In this document: positions 24,766 to 32,855 of the stretch, in pieces
Layout of the letters: each line of letters begins with the position of its first letter
Numbering within the stretch: position 1 is the stretch's first letter
Source: an uncultured Verrucomicrobiota bacterium
Lineage (GTDB): Bacteria > Verrucomicrobiota > Kiritimatiellia > RFP12 > UBA3636
DNA: 64,000 nt
Direction of reading: 5' to 3'
Assembly (NCBI GenBank): GCA_947169825.1
Contig: CAMVRE010000002.1
Location: 1,248 to 65,247, forward strand
Translations under genes and position numbers: made by a program
Notes under the pieces: model-generated
Told to the model about the DNA's origin: nothing
The model's database searches: none
Seen by the model: only the letters and a program-made list of their open reading frames with translations

Positions 24766-27700
24766 TCAGGTGCCTTTCTTTGACTTTCCGTCGGCGGAGT
24801 CGGGCGCGGGCGGATTGCCCGGGCTGTCGCTCCAGTCGACCCAGCGGTTGCCGCCGCCACGGTCCTGCAGACGGCTGGAACGGCTTCCCTTGACGGCCTC
24901 GAGGACGGTGTCGGCGGCCGACAGGACGGCCTCGACGTGCGTGACGACGCCGACGAGCGTGCCGGACGTGCCGATGCGGTCGAGCACCTCGATCGCCGCG
25001 TCGAGCGATTCGCGGTCGAGCGTGCCGAACCCTTCGTCGAGGAACAGGTTCCCGCACGCGCCGCCGCCCCGCAGCGCCGCGAAGCCGAGCGCGAGGGCGA
25101 GCGACGCGAAGAACGACTCGCCGCCGGAGAGGTTCGAGACGGGGCGCGTGCCGTCCTGCTCCGCGTCGATGACGCGCAGGGATTCGTCCCGGAGCTTGCC
25201 CGACTCCGTGAGGCTTACGCCGCCGGACGACCACGCGAAGCGGTAGCGCTTGCCGGACAGGGCCTGCAGGTGAGGGTCCGCCGCCAGGACGAGATTCCGG
25301 AAGTTGAGCCTCTGCGCGAAGAGCTGGAACGCCTTTCCTTCATTGCCGCCGAGCATCGCGTCGAGATCCTTCCAGTCGTCCGCCGTCTTCTTGAGCGGGG
25401 CGAGCGCATCCTTGTCCGCCTCGACCTCCGCCGCGAGCGCATCGTATGCCGCAAGCTCGTTCCTGGCCGCGCCGGCCTTCTGGTCTGCATCGCTCTGGGC
25501 CTTTTCGGCGGGGGCGAGCTCGGCCCGGACGGTCGCCTCGGCCCGCCGGGTCGGGGGCTTGTCCTTGTCGCCATCGAGCAACCTGGATTCCCGCTCCAGT
25601 CGATCCTTTTCGCCGGCGGTTCCGTCCGCGCCGTAGAGCCGGATGGATTCGTTGTGGAGAATGCTCTCCTTGTTTTCGAGAGTCTGGAAATCGCCGTCGT
25701 CAAGCTGCGCGGCATTCCAGTCCGCGTCCGTTGCGAATCCGGCGTTGGTGCGCTTCGCGTCGAAGCCGGCTCGAAGAGTGGCGGCGTCGGACTTCGCCTT
25801 GGACTCGTCATTCGTCAATTTCGTTCGGTCCGCCTGCCAGTTCGCCAGATTCGTGTTCGCGGCATCCAGATTGGCCTTTGCCGTCGCGGCCGTCTTGTCC
25901 GCGACGGCCTTCCCTCCGTTCAGCCGGTCCCGTTCATCCTGCGGTTTCTTCGTGCCGTAGAGATCGGAGCGGGCCTTTTCGAGGGCGGCGAGACGTTCCT
26001 TCTCCCTGTCGACTTTCTCCTGGGCCGTCTTCAAATCGGTCGCGGTCTGATTTACGGAATCCCTCAGCTGCGGGAGGGCGGCGGCCTTGGTGTCCGCGTC
26101 CTGCTTCGCGGCGGCGACGTCGGAGATCGCGTTCTGGATATCCCGGTCCGCAGTCGCTTGAACCGTCTGGAGGTTGTTCTTCGCCGTGTTCGTGGCGGCA
26201 ACGGCCTTCTGCCAGGCCTGGAAAAGACCGTCGGTTCTGACGACGAGGGCCTGGACGGCGGCGTCGCCGTCCTGGATTTCCTTCGCGTACTTGGACGAAG
26301 GCGGCAGGCTGACGGCGGGAATCGCGTTGGCGTCCTTGTGGTGGATGACGCCGCAGACAGGGCAGGGTTCGCCGTCGACAAGGTGCGCGCGCATGGTCTC
26401 GGCGTTCTGGCTTTCGGTCTGGACGGCGAGGAATCGGAGTGCCTCCTTCTCGGCCCGTTCTACCTTCCACTTGTCCGCGGCGGCATCGGAATTCGTCTTG
26501 GCAAGGTCGTAGTCCCGCTTCTTCGCCGACGCGGCTTCTTCAAGGTCGCCGATCGGGTCCCGCGCCGCCTTGATGCGGTTCTGTGCATCGCGCGCGCTTG
26601 CAATGGTTTGGAATAGGGGTTCGTCTTTCCACTTCTTGTCGGGATCCGTTCCGTTCGTCCAGTACGCGTCCGCGGCGTCGGCGCGCTCGGCCGCCGTCTG
26701 CGCGGCCGTTTTCGCAGCGGAAAGATCGGTCGAAGCCTTGGTCGCCGCGGATTGTTTTCCGGCAAGGGCGGTGTCAAGCCGCAGGACCTCGCTCCGCTGG
26801 TCGGCGATGACCTTGTCCCGCGCGTCGATGTCGTCGAGGAACGCCTTGCGGTCGACGATGGCCTTCTGCGCCCGTTCGACGGCCGTCCGGGCCTTTTCGT
26901 CGCACTCCTTCAGTCCGGGCAGGGCGTCTTGGGCCGTTTTGATCTTCCCGTCGAGCTGTCGGATCTGATTGACCAGATTTGTCTCCCTGCTCTCCGCGAG
27001 CGATAGCGTGTTCCAGTCGGCTAGCAGGGAGGCCGCCTTGCGGGCGGCGTCGAGGCGAGCCTGGTCCGGCGCGAAGTCGGCTTTGTCGTCCGCGAGTTTC
27101 TTCGCGTCCGCTTTGAAGGTTCCCCGGTCCGTGTCGAGACGGTCGGCTCGTTTCGTCCAGGCGAGTTCGCCGCGGAGTTTTTCCGCCGCGGCCTTCGCCC
27201 GGGTGGCGGTCTCGTTCGCAGCGGCCAGCCGCTCTTCCAGCTCCTGGCGCTCGCCCGACTTCTCCAGCAGTTCCAGTCGGGTTCCGGCCGCGGTCTTTTT
27301 CTGATCGAACGCGGCGACGGCTTCGAGCTTGCGGCGATTGATTTCGGCGCCGATGAGCCCGAACTGGGGCGAGTCGGTGACCTTCTCGAGAATCGCGGCG
27401 CGAGTTTCCTCGTCGGCCTTGAGGAACTGGTCGAATCGGCCCTGGGAGAGCAGGACGATGCGCGTGAACTCGCCGTAGGTGAATCCGAGCCGAGCGGCGA
27501 CGATCGCGGCGCAGTCCTTCGACTTTTTGCCCCCGTAGATGGATTTCGGCGAGCCGTTCGCCGCCCGGTCGGTTTCGTCCCACAGTTCGTGGCGGTATGG
27601 GTCGAGCCCGTCCTTCTTCTTCGGTTTCCGTCGCTGGGCCCAGACGGCGCGGTAGGTGTGTCCGTCGATGCCGACGAAACGAACGGCGGCGCGGCAGAAC

Positions 27701-29232
27701 GTGGCAGTGCGGGCCATGACCTCGTTTTCGTTCTGCGTGATTTCCTTTTCCTGCCGGGCCGTCTGGCCGTAGAGCGCGAGCGTGATGGCGTCGAGGACGG
27801 TCGTCTTTCCCGCGCCGGTGTCGCCCGCGATGGCGAACGTCCCGCCATGCTCGCGGAGCTTCTCGAAGTCGATCTCCGCGCGGCCCTTGAGGCTGTTGAG
27901 GTTGGAGAGTTCGACGGAGAGGAGGCGGGGTGTCGCCCGGCGTTCGGGAGCGCCGCCGCCGGCGGCGGCCGCCGCATTGGACGGGGCCGCGGCGGCGGCC
28001 TCGCGGACGAGGGCGAGGAGCTCGTCGGCACGCGCCGGCGAGACTTTCGACGCGTCGAAGCGCAGCTTCGCGACGCCCTCCGGGTCGAGTTTCGCGAACG
28101 TGGCGGGGTCGAAGGCGGGCAGCGCGGCCGCGCCCGTCCGCTCCCGGCCGTCGCGCAGGCCGAAGAATTCGGCGCCGGACCCCTCGACCGCCTTTTCGAG
28201 ATTCGCGGTAAGCTCCTCGAGCGAGCCCTCGCCATCGGTGATCTTCGCCGTGAACCAGGCGGCGGCGACGGGATTTTCGTCCGTGTCCGCGCCGGGATTC
28301 CTCGAGACAAGACGCTTCGCCTCGCGGACGATGTCGTCCGACGTCCCCTCCAGCACGCGAATCTTGCGCAGGACCTTCGGGTCCACGAGGATGGGGTCGA
28401 CGGAGACGGCGCCGTCGTCCGCGAACGCCACGAACGGGACGGACTTGGGCGTCGCGAGCTCGCCCGTCCCGACCGCGTAGGGGGAGCCGGCATAGAAGGC
28501 CCTGCCGCACGGGACGGCGACACCCTGCGGGATGTGCAGATGCCCGAGCGCGGCGTAGTCGGCCGCCGGCAGGGCGGAGGCGGGGACCTCGACCACGTTG
28601 CCGACGACCCGGAGCTCGGCGCCCCGCGCGTCGAACGCCTTCGCGCCCTGCACGGCGCAGTGGGCGACGACGACGAGCGGCGATCCGGCGTGCGCGGCGG
28701 CGCGGGCGCGCTCCGCGGTGCGCTCGAAGTGCGCGCGGAAGCCCGCCTGGAGCGCGTCCGCCGGATCCGTCCCGGCGGGCGCCTCGTTGCGCAGCCGCGA
28801 TTCGCGCAGGAACGGAACGGCCGCGACGGCGAGCGCACCGCCGTCCGCGCAGGGGACGGCGAACGCCTCGTCATCCTCGAGCGAGGGGCCGTCCGCCACG
28901 ATGCGGATGCCGCTGTGCCGCGCGAGTCCGCCCGCGCAGCGGAGCGCGGGGGCGGAGTCGTGGTTGCCGGCGATGGCCACGACCGCGCCGACGAGCGGGT
29001 CGGCCGGATCCCGCAGGCGCGCGAGGAAGTCGTACCAGACCTGGCGGGCGGCGGGGGAGGGGGCGTGGCCGTCGAAGACGTCGCCCGCGACGACGAGCAG
29101 GTCGGCGCGCGGAGTCTCGTCGGCGAGGCGTCCGCAAAGCCAGTGGAGGAAATGCCGCTGCTCGGCGAGCCGTTCGTGGTTGTGGAGCGTGGCGCCGAGA
29201 TGCAGATCGGCGAGATGGACGAGTTTCTTCAA
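24766..29232 (-). CDS. sbcCD: SbcD-SbcC fusion protein (Mre11-type nuclease fused to Rad50-type ATPase), 1488 aa
   Basis: N-terminus: MKKLVHLADLHLG, VVAGDVFD and AIAGNHD (calcineurin-like phosphoesterase motifs). From about residue 440: LLSVELSNLNSLKGRAEIDF...FAIAGDTGAGKTTVLDAITLALYG (Walker A), long coiled-coil regions, Zn hook GEPCPVCG, signature LSGGESF and Walker B LFLDEGFGTLD. There is no stop between the two parts. The start codon is TTG. Confidence 0.8.
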   Translation of the reverse strand: MKKLVHLADLHLGATLHNHERLAEQRHFLHWLCGRLADETPRADLLVVAGDVFDGHAPSPAARQVWYDFLARLRDPADPLVGAVVAIAGNHDSAPALRCAGGLARHSGIRIVADGPSLEDDEAFAVPCADGGALAVAAVPFLRESRLRNEAPAGTDPADALQAGFRAHFERTAERARAAAHAGSPLVVVAHCAVQGAKAFDARGAELRVVGNVVEVPASALPAADYAALGHLHIPQGVAVPCGRAFYAGSPYAVGTGELATPKSVPFVAFADDGAVSVDPILVDPKVLRKIRVLEGTSDDIVREAKRLVSRNPGADTDENPVAAAWFTAKITDGEGSLEELTANLEKAVEGSGAEFFGLRDGRERTGAAALPAFDPATFAKLDPEGVAKLRFDASKVSPARADELLALVREAAAAAPSNAAAAAGGGAPERRATPRLLSVELSNLNSLKGRAEIDFEKLREHGGTFAIAGDTGAGKTTVLDAITLALYGQTARQEKEITQNENEVMARTATFCRAAVRFVGIDGHTYRAVWAQRRKPKKKDGLDPYRHELWDETDRAANGSPKSIYGGKKSKDCAAIVAARLGFTYGEFTRIVLLSQGRFDQFLKADEETRAAILEKVTDSPQFGLIGAEINRRKLEAVAAFDQKKTAAGTRLELLEKSGERQELEERLAAANETATRAKAAAEKLRGELAWTKRADRLDTDRGTFKADAKKLADDKADFAPDQARLDAARKAASLLADWNTLSLAESRETNLVNQIRQLDGKIKTAQDALPGLKECDEKARTAVERAQKAIVDRKAFLDDIDARDKVIADQRSEVLRLDTALAGKQSAATKASTDLSAAKTAAQTAAERADAADAYWTNGTDPDKKWKDEPLFQTIASARDAQNRIKAARDPIGDLEEAASAKKRDYDLAKTNSDAAADKWKVERAEKEALRFLAVQTESQNAETMRAHLVDGEPCPVCGVIHHKDANAIPAVSLPPSSKYAKEIQDGDAAVQALVVRTDGLFQAWQKAVAATNTAKNNLQTVQATADRDIQNAISDVAAAKQDADTKAAALPQLRDSVNQTATDLKTAQEKVDREKERLAALEKARSDLYGTKKPQDERDRLNGGKAVADKTAATAKANLDAANTNLANWQADRTKLTNDESKAKSDAATLRAGFDAKRTNAGFATDADWNAAQLDDGDFQTLENKESILHNESIRLYGADGTAGEKDRLERESRLLDGDKDKPPTRRAEATVRAELAPAEKAQSDADQKAGAARNELAAYDALAAEVEADKDALAPLKKTADDWKDLDAMLGGNEGKAFQLFAQRLNFRNLVLAADPHLQALSGKRYRFAWSSGGVSLTESGKLRDESLRVIDAEQDGTRPVSNLSGGESFFASLALALGFAALRGGGACGNLFLDEGFGTLDRESLDAAIEVLDRIGTSGTLVGVVTHVEAVLSAADTVLEAVKGSRSSRLQDRGGGNRWVDWSDSPGNPPAPDSADGKSKKGT

Positions 29233-29254
29233 GGGAAAACAATGCTTGGACTTG

Positions 29255-30667
29255 CTAACCGCCGACTTCCTGCCAGCCCTTCTTGACGTTCGCCGCGATG
29301 TCGGCGTCCATCAGGGCTGCGAGCTGCTCGCGCGAGGAGGAGATCCGGATGACGCGGTCGAGCGGCTTCGCGCGGCCGGAGCTGTAGTCCGTGAAGTGGT
29401 AGACGTAGGCCGGATACCGCGGGTCGGTCCCCTCCTTGTTGGTCTTCCAGAGCAGGTACTTCTGCACCATCAGCTTCGCGGGCTTGTCCCCCTTCGCGGG
29501 CGTCTCCTTCACGAAGACGCGGCGCGCGAGGATCTCGCTCTTCGGCAGGTCCGCGGCCGCGGCCGTCTTCGGCGCCGCGAACGGGCAGAGGTCCGTGATC
29601 TGCCGCTCGGCCACGAGCGCCGGGTCCGGCGTCTTGTCCTCGCGCAGGCGCTCGAAGACGGGGCTCTTCACCGAGACGCCCGCGCTCAGCCCGCGCGAGG
29701 TCCACCCCGCGGCGGGGTCCCACGTCGCGACCGGGTTCGTCTTCGGCCGCCCGTCCGAGCCCTCGGCGACGAACTCCGCGACCGAGATCTCCGCCACGAT
29801 CTCCGGCCTTGCCATCCGGAACGCGACGCCGTCGCGGTCCGCCTGGACGAACCGCGAGGGGCAGTCGAGCGCGCGCAGCCGTTCGAGGAGCGCCTTGCGG
29901 TCCTCCGCGGAGAACCCGCCCCCGACGATCCCCGCGATCCGGTAGTCGCCCGCCTCGTCGCGCACGGCGAAGAGCGCGTTGCGCAGCCCCAGGTCGCCCA
30001 CGGTGTAGCCGACGAGCACGGCGTCGATCGTGTGCCGGGGCTTCATCTTCCAGACGAACCCCGACGGCGCGTGGATCACGAGCCCCTCGGCGCCCTCGCC
30101 CTCCACCCAGTCGCGGTAGATCTCCTCGATGCCCTCCAGGTCCGCCGCCTCGCGGCGCTCGACGGGCCGCACGGCCTCGTCCTTGAACCACGCCGAGAGC
30201 TTCGCGTGGACCGCCGCGTAGCCCTTCTCCGCGAAGGGCGCGCCGTCGATCTCCGCGATGCCGAACGGCGCGAGCCTCAGCTCGCCGACGCGCTTCGGGT
30301 CGGCCAGCGCCGAGAGCGCGTCGCCCACGCGCGGGCGGCCGTTCGCGACGGGCAGGTAGAGCTCGCAGACCACCGTCGCGGACTGCACGCCCGCCGCGCG
30401 CAGCGCCGCCGCGAGCACCTCCGCGCACGGCGCCTCGAGCGCCTTGCCGCCGCTGCCGACGAGCGTCGCGGCGCCGTCGCGGAAGAACGCGCATGCCATC
30501 ACGCCGTCGATCTTGCGCGTGACCTGGAACGTCTCCTTCCCGCCGCCGCGGATGTGCTCCTTGGCCGTGGCGGGGTCCACGAGGTAGAAGCGGTTGGACA
30601 TGTTCTTCTTGCAGTCGGCCGCCGCCTTGCGCAGCTCGGCCGGGACTTCCGCCGTCTTGTCAGCCAT
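29255..30667 (-). CDS. ATP-dependent DNA ligase with ~100-aa C-terminal extension
   Basis: 470 aa. Motif I TRKIDGVMA, III VVCELYL, IV EGLVIHA, V FVWKMKP, VI FERLREDK. The tail ...YPAYVYHFTDYSSGRAKPLDRVIRISSSREQLAALMDADIAANVKKGW is loosely WGR-like (unverified). The start overlaps the upstream gene by 8 nt (ATGGCTGA). Confidence 0.75.
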   Translation of the reverse strand: MADKTAEVPAELRKAAADCKKNMSNRFYLVDPATAKEHIRGGGKETFQVTRKIDGVMACAFFRDGAATLVGSGGKALEAPCAEVLAAALRAAGVQSATVVCELYLPVANGRPRVGDALSALADPKRVGELRLAPFGIAEIDGAPFAEKGYAAVHAKLSAWFKDEAVRPVERREAADLEGIEEIYRDWVEGEGAEGLVIHAPSGFVWKMKPRHTIDAVLVGYTVGDLGLRNALFAVRDEAGDYRIAGIVGGGFSAEDRKALLERLRALDCPSRFVQADRDGVAFRMARPEIVAEISVAEFVAEGSDGRPKTNPVATWDPAAGWTSRGLSAGVSVKSPVFERLREDKTPDPALVAERQITDLCPFAAPKTAAAADLPKSEILARRVFVKETPAKGDKPAKLMVQKYLLWKTNKEGTDPRYPAYVYHFTDYSSGRAKPLDRVIRISSSREQLAALMDADIAANVKKGWQEVGG

Positions 30668-31367
30668 TGGGAAGCTCCTTGAGTTCGAGGTTCGTGAGGT
30701 GCAGCAGGAGCAGGTATCTGTCGCCGTCCACGCGCCCCTCCAGGAAGCCGCGGTAGGGCGTCCCGTTCCGGTCCAGCACGAGCGGCCCGGCCCCCTTCTC
30801 GCCGGCGCCCACGAGCATCATCGCCCTCTTGGACGCGAGCGTCTCCGCCATCTCGCGGAGGAACTTGTAGGTGAGCCCGTTCACGTGCCGCAGCGCGAGG
30901 CAGCGCCCGAAGGCGAACCGCCGGATCGCGGCCTTCTTCGGGAAGAGCTTGCCCGTCCAGCGGACCGGGAGCTTCTCCAGCGCCACGTTCGCGGGCGTCT
31001 CCGCGGGGGCGCGCTCCTCCTTCACCGTTCCGTCCGGGGCGACCACGCGCTCCCGGAGCGCCACGTCGAAGGCGACCTCGCCCGCGTCCGTCACGTAGAC
31101 CTTGTGCAGCCCCTCCAGCCGGCGGCCGGCGAGCTCGAGGTCGATCTCCGGGTCGCCCTCGACGATGCGCCGCCCGAGCGCCACCGCGTCGGGCGTCTCC
31201 TTCCGGAGCGCCTCGACCGTCGTGCCCGCGGTCTCGTCGAGGATCCGCCCCGACTCGAACGCGACGCCGCCCGGCGCCGCCCTGCGGACGGTTCTCTTCG
31301 CCCGGACCGGCTCGAACCCGACCTCGGCGTCGAGCCGCTCCGCGTTTGCCAAATGGATCGTTCTCAC
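30660..31367 (-). CDS. Hypothetical 235-aa protein, translationally coupled on both sides
   Basis: GTG start with GGAGGA 7 nt upstream, overlapping the stop of the 403-aa gene. No motif recognised (MRTIHLANAERLDAEVGFEPV...LLLLHLTNLELKELPNG). Confidence 0.6.
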   Translation of the reverse strand: MRTIHLANAERLDAEVGFEPVRAKRTVRRAAPGGVAFESGRILDETAGTTVEALRKETPDAVALGRRIVEGDPEIDLELAGRRLEGLHKVYVTDAGEVAFDVALRERVVAPDGTVKEERAPAETPANVALEKLPVRWTGKLFPKKAAIRRFAFGRCLALRHVNGLTYKFLREMAETLASKRAMMLVGAGEKGAGPLVLDRNGTPYRGFLEGRVDGDRYLLLLHLTNLELKELPNG

Positions 31368-31379
31368 GTTCGCTTCCTC

Positions 31380-32591
31380 CTACATCATCCCGAAATCGAG
31401 CTCTTCCTCTTCGCCGGACGCCTCCTCCGGCTCCTCCTCCAGCTCGCCGGCCTGCTCGAGCCCGACGAACTCCCGCGCCACCGGGTCGCCGGCGAAGAGC
31501 CAGGCGACGCCGCCCGACGCGAGCAGGCACGCCTCCCTGGGCGCCGGCCCCGCGCGATAGTTGAACGGGAAGCGGAAGATCCGCTCCCCCACCGCCGCCG
31601 CGAGGTCCGGATTGGAGAGCTGGTAGACGGAATCCCAGACGTGGTCGAGGAACGCCTCCTCGTCCGCCTCCTCCGCCATCGTCCCGGCGCGGCAGGCGAA
31701 CTCCGACTCCTCCGCCGTCGGCAGGCGGAAGACCAGCCCGGACGCCTTCGCGGCGGGCAGCGCATTGAGCTTCTCCAGGAACTCCCGGCAGTCGTCCCAC
31801 GAGACGTTCTCCACCGGATTCTCCGCACCATTGAACTTGGCGGGGTTCTCGCCCATTACGGCCTCCCATTGCGCCTGCGTGACCGGGAACCGTCCCATCG
31901 AGTGTCCCTTTCCGGGAATCGGGACCATCGCGAGCTCGACGCCGCCGGGCAGAGAGAGCGTCGCCGGCGCGGCGGACGCGGATTCGGCGCAAAGACGCAA
32001 GCCGATGAAGTCGTCCCGAAGCGAAGGCAGACCCGTGTCCGCAGCACAGGGCACACAGTACTCGGCCGTGCTGCGCCAGCTGCCCCCGCGCAAGATGCAC
32101 CACACCGTTCCGTCCTCGTTCTCTTCCTGCGTCGAAGTCCACTCCGCCACGTTGCCGAGCGCGTCGTAGAGGCCGAACGAATTCGGCCTCTTCTGCCCGA
32201 CGGGATGCGTCGTGCCGCCGGAGTTGTCCGCGAACCACGCCACCTCGCCGAGCGGCGCCGTCGCGATCGCGACGGCGCCGTCCGGGGGCGTCAGCGCGAC
32301 CGGCGCATCGAACGTGGACGGGACGGTCGGCAGCTCGTTGCCGGCCTCGTCCACGTACGTGAGCGCGTCGGCGTCCAGCCAGGTGCCGTCGGCGGCGAGG
32401 GTCGCGTTCGCGGTCCCGCTCGCGGGGACGACGAGCGAGCCGTCGGGGTCGAGCCACGCCTTCCGGCACGGCGCCCCCGCGGCGTCCATCGCCACGATCT
32501 CGGTCTTCCCGTAAAGCTTGTCCCGGTCCAGTTTCACGGGCTCGGCCTGGAAGGCCGTCCCGCCCAAATCGAATGTCAGCGCTCTCGCCAT
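31380..32591 (-). CDS. FGE/SUMF1-domain protein with permuted (C-half then N-half) domain order and acidic tail
   Basis: 403 aa. Residues ~105-195 are AWFADNSGGTTHPVGQKRPNSFGLYDALGNVAEWT...RGGSW...IGLRLC, the usual C-terminal half. Residues ~215-300 are MVPIPGKGHSMGRFPVTQAQWEAVMGENPAKFNGAENPVENVSWDDCREFLEKLNA...LVFRLPTAEESEFACRAGT, the usual N-terminal half, ~75% identical by eye to the 37849-38520 protein. Confidence 0.7.
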   Translation of the reverse strand: MARALTFDLGGTAFQAEPVKLDRDKLYGKTEIVAMDAAGAPCRKAWLDPDGSLVVPASGTANATLAADGTWLDADALTYVDEAGNELPTVPSTFDAPVALTPPDGAVAIATAPLGEVAWFADNSGGTTHPVGQKRPNSFGLYDALGNVAEWTSTQEENEDGTVWCILRGGSWRSTAEYCVPCAADTGLPSLRDDFIGLRLCAESASAAPATLSLPGGVELAMVPIPGKGHSMGRFPVTQAQWEAVMGENPAKFNGAENPVENVSWDDCREFLEKLNALPAAKASGLVFRLPTAEESEFACRAGTMAEEADEEAFLDHVWDSVYQLSNPDLAAAVGERIFRFPFNYRAGPAPREACLLASGGVAWLFAGDPVAREFVGLEQAGELEEEPEEASGEEEELDFGMM

Positions 32592-32626
32592 ATCGTTCCT
32601 TTCCGCTTGTGTTCGGTGATGGGGGA

Positions 32627-32655
32627 AGTATACCCCGCCGCGGCCGGAAAATCAA
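32627..32655 (-). promoter_or_regulatory. Sigma70-like promoter TTGATT-N17-TATACT at the head of the 32591->15411 gene string
   Basis: Minus strand: TTGATT (comp. 32650-32655), a 17-nt spacer, TATACT (comp. 32627-32632), about 35 nt before ATG 32591. Confidence 0.45.
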
Positions 32656-32855
32656 CCGAGCATGGCGGCCTCGCGGGGCGTGGCGGGGTCCGCACCCCGC
32701 CACGCCCGCATCGGCCGGATGCTCGCGGCTCCGCCGCTCGGCGCCGCTCCGCGCACGGAAGCCCGAAGGCCGGGCGTGCGCGGAGCGAAGCGGAGAGCCA
32801 ACGCCCGTTCGGTCCCGCGGCGTTGCGCCGCGGGACAGGACGGACTTGCGGGACC

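Noticed and set aside
17424-24860. 2478-aa ORF suggesting a giant RecB-like protein
   Set aside because: Only the C-terminal 1254 codons (from MPDRNAPQ..., ATG 21188) carry helicase and nuclease motifs. The N-terminal 1200+ residues are low-complexity read-through in an alternative frame of recC, which is encoded in the frame of ORF 21191-25234.
16263-25246. Long plus-strand ORFs (16263-21194, 1643 aa; 21170-25246, 1358 aa). The same applies to 53752-58011 (+), 11719-14418 (+), 60717-63758 (-), 30499-33999 (-) and 264-1901 (+).
   Set aside because: These are antisense shadow ORFs opposite motif-rich genes. Their products are E/R/G/A/D-rich low complexity with no recognisable motifs, so they are not called.
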